From Schizosaccharomyces osmophilus (lineage: Eukaryota), in contig NC_079238.1 of NCBI RefSeq assembly GCF_027921745.1, forward strand, positions 310,001 through 374,000: 64,000 nucleotides of DNA. The letters are read 5' to 3'. A model generated the notes under the pieces. The model was not told the origin of the DNA, searched no databases, and saw nothing but the letters and a program-made list of their open reading frames with translations. Within the stretch, counting starts at the first letter, position 1; every line of letters starts with the position of its first letter. Positions 58,497-64,000 of the stretch are shown here, piece by piece. The position numbers and the translations under genes are program-made.

Positions 58497-61412
58497 ATGG
58501 ATTTTATACCTGATGATGAGGATTTGCAGCAATTACTAGAAGCAGAAGAAGATAAAGGCTCAAGAAATGGTGAGGATGAATATGAGGAAGAAGAAGAGTA
58601 CCTTTTGGAGATGAGAAATGCGAATGCTTTGGAAAATTTAGAGCATCGAAATATCCCAAATGATTTGTTTCGTAGTTCTCAACCAATTGGATCTCCTACG
58701 AGAAATGGAGATGATCTGCCCTCAACTTTGGATTTGTATAGCTCTGAAAATGGGGCATCCAGCATGGATTCTAGCATGGATGAAGACACAAAGTTGCCAA
58801 ATGTTTCAAACACTTCAAAAATTGAGCATGAGAAAGAATCAGCGTATTTAAAAAAGGACCTGAGTAGCTTTATATCCCGTAAGACGATGGATATCGACAC
58901 TCCCATGGCCGAACCCAAGGATGATTTATCCCAAAAGCAATCCCTCTTTTGGCAACAAAACAAGACAGAAATGCCAAAGGGGAACCAGTTCTTTCCAGAA
59001 GAGGAACTTCCTCATGACAGCCTTGCCCAGAAAAGCTTCAGTTCTCTGACTGACTCAGTTCGTCTCCCTTCGCCCGATACAAAACTACCCTTTTCTTTCA
59101 AGGAAGAGTCTGGCACCGATTCTAATCCTTTTTTTCTTCCACCTACGTTTCAGAATGTTCCTAATGCCAAACCTTTGCATGATCTAGACAATCCGTACAC
59201 AAACCCATCAACTGGCTCTTCTAGTACCTTTGGGTATGTAACTGCTCGTACTTCTTCTGGAGCTGTTTTCCACTTTCCCAAACGCTATAATCGCCATGTA
59301 CAGATTTCAACTCAGCAACGCCCTGACTATAATGCTGAGCTATCAAAAACACCTTTCTTCAAAGACACTTTACTTCGAAATGTCCAATCTTGGTCGAAAG
59401 ATTTTCAATCACGGCCCAAAGTGAAACAAGATTTGCTTTCTTCAGCTGGCCATGCAAATAACGCCTCAGGCTTTCCTGCTTTGAAAAGCTTGGTGCGCAC
59501 CGAGGCAATGTGGGTTGACAAGTTTCGCCCTCAATTGTTTCGAGAATTAATCGGTGACGAAAGAGTACACCGAGATGCCATGCGTTGGATAAAGGCTTGG
59601 GATCCGTTTGTATTTGGGCATACTGCTCCTCATGCGTCAGCATCGCCACGTCAACTTGCTATTTCAAAGGCTGTAGCTAAAGATACAGGGCGTCCTGATA
59701 AACGGATTATGATTTTAACAGGTTATGCTGGTTCAGGAAAGACAACTTTGGCTCATGTAATAGCCCGTCAAGCTGGTTATAAGGTCCTTGAAATAAATGC
59801 TAGCGATGATCGTACAGCAAACACCGTTCATGAAAAAATTGACGCGGCTGTCTCGTACCACTCTGCCTTGTCATCCCAGCCTACTTGTATCGTGGCGGAT
59901 GAAGTAGACGGCGGAGATCCAGCCTTCATTCGTGCTCTTGTTACACTTCTGGAAAGCGATGAGAAAGCCAGTGTTGCACAAACTACTACCAAATCAAAGA
60001 AAAAGTCAAAGCAGAAAACTCTTTGTCGTCCTATTATTTGCATCTGCAATGATCTTTATACTCCTGCATTACGGCCTTTACGACCCTATGCTCAAGTAGT
60101 CTACTTTAATGCTCCCCCGCAAGCAACTTTGGTAGGACGTTTACGTTCCATTTGTAGGTCTCAAAACCTATCTATAGACAGTCGCTCTTTAACTTTATTG
60201 ACAGATATCTACAATTCAGATATCCGAAGTTGTTTAAACAGTTTGCAACTGTTGTCTTTAAACGCATCATCTGTTAATCAGGAAATGATAAGACATTTAC
60301 AACCAAAAACGAACTCCTCAACAAATTCTGGTCTCTTATCATCACTTCTACATCGACCTGATGCGCGTTCTCTACGAAGTATAGAAGCATCACAAATTTC
60401 TTATTCACACATAGACACATTACTAAACATGATTGAAAGTGGTAATGATGTAGATGCTACATTAATGGACTGCTATCATGTCTACCTACAGTTGCCTTTT
60501 ACAGATAATCTGTTTTCAAAACCAGCAATAACAGCGGATTGGCTTTATTTTTTCGATCGGCTTAATACACTAACTTACAGAGGGCATCACGAATTGTGGA
60601 AATATATGCCTTATTCAGTAATTCACTTTCATTACTTGTATGCTTCTGCAAATAAAGTTCATCTTACTCGTTATCCTCGTTACGACTTGGAAATGATGAA
60701 GCTTCGTCGCGACCGGCTTGAGATTTTGGATACCTTCATGTCTTCTTTCAATGCCCAAGATTTACAATTCTATAAAAAACAAATCGTGCTCCTAGATTTA
60801 ATTGATCCTTTGTTGAGCGTTATCAATCCGTCGATTAAGAAGGTAAAGTTACTTTGTGTTTGACGCCAACTAATTATGTTTTAGTCTTCTAGAAGCTCTT
60901 ATGCCGAAGATAAAGTAAAAATTGAGCATGCCGTGCGAATCATAGACCACTACAACCTACGGCTAAATCATATTCCAATCGGTGATGGCCAATACACCTA
61001 TCGACTTGAACCGTAAGTATAATATAGGACACCAACAACTGTCTAACCTTTCAGCCCTCTAGAAGAACTAGTATGGAATCCTCCCTCTAGTACGTATTCA
61101 ACTAGACAATCGCTTTCTCAAGAACTTCTTCGGAAACGTCTTGAACAAGTCCAAAAGAGCTCTATTTTAAAGCCTTCCTCTTCGGAATCATCAAAAAAGA
61201 AAAGAAAAGAAGTAGGACTTGAAAGAACTATACGACGCGACTTTTTTGGTAGAGAAATCAAAATTCCTCAACAAAATGAAAATAGCCTAGAGCATGAAAC
61301 GTCCCCAATATCTTCAGAGAAAGCTATTGCAGTTAATTTGAAGTTTCATGATGGGTTTTCAAATGCTATTCGAAAGCCTATCTCCCTTCATGACATCCTT
61401 CATTTTGAATAA
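58497..61412 (+). CDS. ctf18: Alternative RFC clamp-loader large subunit Ctf18, 3 exons
   Basis: Exons 58497-60842, 60885-61012, 61055-61412. Motifs GYAGSGKTT, EINASDDR, RPIICICND, RDFFGR, FHDGFSNAIRKP. MCB ACGCGT at 58489-58494. Confidence 0.95.
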
Positions 61413-61638
61413 TTTGTATATTAATATAATTCTTTATTTGTTTTATTGTTATTTGAAATCCATTTTCGCTAGTAATATTGTCTCACAATTTCTATTTACC
61501 ATCTGTGAATTCTGCTATTACCACAGAAGGCAGGTATTTAGCTTAATGACTTAATCGCTTCCAATTTAGTTTGAAGGCTTCGTTTTTTTCGTGCCGTTAG
61601 TAAAAAAAAAATTGATTCCCCATTCTTTTTACTGCATT

Positions 61639-64000
61639 ATGTCCGGAGTTCATGTTCGAGCTGCATTGTCGCGTCTTGCCGATAGATATTTACAGAATTC
61701 TGAAAGCCCATCAGAGCCGTATACGATTGAAACAATTATTGGATTTTTTGAAGGAATCATTAACTCGTACGTTCATCGACATTGAATACTTTTCAAAAGA
61801 CTGACTTCAGTTAGAATCCCTTCTGATTCACCAGTATATGGAATTGAAGATATACTATATCAGATATTCTCAAAACGTAAGACAAAATAAGTATGTTACC
61901 TTACTAACATAAAATCTAGTTTCAAATAATAATGCTGATGGGATTCTATACAGCCGACTCTCTAATTTAGTATCTCGTTTACGGACTCAAGAGGTGCTGC
62001 AAAACAAAGCTAGTATATTACAAGTATTATATAGCCTATCAAGTTTAAGTGAGACCATCAGTGAACTGGCATCTTCTCATCCAATGAATTCTCTCTCAGA
62101 GGTGCAGGCTTTACCCTCTTTGGGACCTGAACGTACATTTTCTGAAACTACAGAAGCAAGGAACACGAGCAAAAGCATACCTGTCTCTGAACGAAATTCT
62201 GTGTATGAGTGGTCATCTTTTTCACAAAAGCAGCCGACACCTGCTGAAGAAAAAGCTTCGCATACTGAAGAAATTTCTAATAGTGAGAATTATTTGAAAA
62301 GTGCCACGCTGTTTATTCTTCAAGGCGTTTCAACGGACCTCGTGAGTTTTCATGATGGTAGTGCTGACTTATCACAACAAATCCCCTCTCATCATATATT
62401 ACAAATTCGTTCTTTATGTGAAATTGGTCTTCTTTATCGACAGCTGAAAAGATTTGCTGATTATGATGGGTTTCAAACTTCACCTTCAACTTTGAGATTA
62501 TCTGAATCTTCATCTGAGGAACAAACTCTTGCATTACAAAGTTTCCGAGCATTCGTTTCTAAAGAATTGACGCAGTACCTAAGTCTTATCGCTTCTTTAG
62601 AGTCCCAACTTCGAACAGACAATTCAACGAGATCACAGACTGTTAGCATTCGGCGTTGTATAGTATGGACTAATAAGCCACGACTGAAGTTTCGGATACT
62701 ATCATCCATTGTAGATTCATATATAAAGGAAAAAAACAAGAAGAAGCTAATTCACATTGTTGCCAGATACAGCTTCCATGGTGATCCCATCATTCACGAC
62801 CTTAGCAAGCGGGTACTGATGGAAATCACTCAACCCCTTCATGAGATGATTGAGAATTGGGTTTATAAAGGAGAGTTGATTGATCCTTTTCGGGAGTTTT
62901 TTGTCATTGAAAGTGATGATATATCTCATACCCATGATAGACAGGGAACAGGACGAATTGTTTGGAAAGGAAAATATCACTTAGAAAAAGAATTAATACC
63001 AAGCTTCCTTTCAAGTCCTTTAGTTGAAAAAATATTTCTTATCGGAAAGTGTCTCAACTTTGCCCGCTATGGTTGTGATGATTCAGAATGGACTCAGGAG
63101 CACTATAGCAAATTTGCAAAAAAGCTCTCATATACGGACTTTCAGAGTCTAAAGTTAACTATTGATATGGCTTATACACAGTCCACTCGACATCTCGTTC
63201 AACTTATGGAAGAGAAGTTTCATTTGAGTGAGCATTTGAATGCTATCAAAAAGTATATTCTTTTGGGCCAAGGTGATTTTGTTACATATTTAATGGAAAG
63301 TTTAGGTGATTCTTTAGAACAACCTGCCAACACTCTTTTCAGACACAATCTTACAACATGCTTAGAGAGTGCAATTCGCTCAAGCAATGCCTCTTACGAA
63401 CAAGGGTATGTTTTAAAGCGCTTGGATGCAAGGCTATTGGAGTTATCCCATGGTGAAGTAGGCTGGGATGTCTTTACCTTGGAGTACAAAGTGGATTCTC
63501 CAATTAACGTTATTATCACTCCCTATTGCTCCAGACAATATTTAAAAATGTTTAATTTTCTATGGAGATTAAAAAGAATTGAATTTGCTCTTTCTCATTC
63601 TTGGCGTCGGTCAACTCTAGGAGCCCGGAATATTATTCGTGAACTAGATTTCGTTCAACCAGAATGGCATTTTGTCAGTATTCACTTGGCCGAAATGATT
63701 CACTTTATCTGCCAGCTTCAATATTATATTCTTTTTGAGGTAAGTCTACAAACATCAAGCTAGGTCACTAATTATCATATAGGTTATTGAGATTAGCTGG
63801 GAAAAACTAAAAGAGGAAATGTCAAAGCCAAATGCTACATTGGATACATATATTGAAGCTCATCACCATTATGTGACCAGTATCACACATAAAGGTTTGC
63901 TGGGTAGCGCCAGATCGCGGACTGAAGATTCCTTCCTTCACCAGCTTCATGAAATTCTAAAGACCATCTTATCTTTTCATAACACAATTGAGGTTTTGCA
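61639..64000 (+). CDS. alp6: Gamma-tubulin complex GCP3/Spc98 subunit Alp6; runs off window end
   Basis: Exons 61639-61766, 61815-61876, 61920-63739, 63783 onward. GRIP motifs LLGQGDF, GWDVFTLEYKVDSP, QLQYYILFEVIEISW. Confidence 0.93.

Noticed and set aside
1..64000. CRISPR arrays, tRNA or 5S genes, LTRs, wtf genes
   Set aside because: None recognised by eye; tRNAscan-SE and RepeatMasker would be needed to exclude degenerate copies.

Overview
Eukaryotic, gene-dense fission-yeast DNA (Schizosaccharomyces; proteins resemble but differ from S. pombe, so probably the octosporus/cryophilus/osmophilus clade; species cannot be fixed from sequence alone). It holds 27 protein-coding genes, many with short GT..CTAAC..YAG introns. 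Three are not recovered by the ORF track: an AzgA-type nucleobase transporter, rps27 and vma9. From recalled S. pombe gene order, two distant chromosome II blocks are joined here: SPBC887 (transporter, sur2, pfh1, cem1, drs2, pus2, mcs4) and SPBC649/1685/902 (rps19 to alp6), with sdc1 apparently inserted out of synteny. Best non-coding observation: a well-formed box H/ACA snoRNA at ~13402-13540 (-) with two predicted 18S rRNA targets. Also noted: a probable decayed pseudogene at 34.0-34.6 kb, a structured GC-rich hairpin cluster downstream of sdc1, an orphan intron signature at 30.1 kb, two stop-free in-frame introns and a possible Atg28-like protein. No tRNA, rRNA, CRISPR array or intact transposon was recognised.
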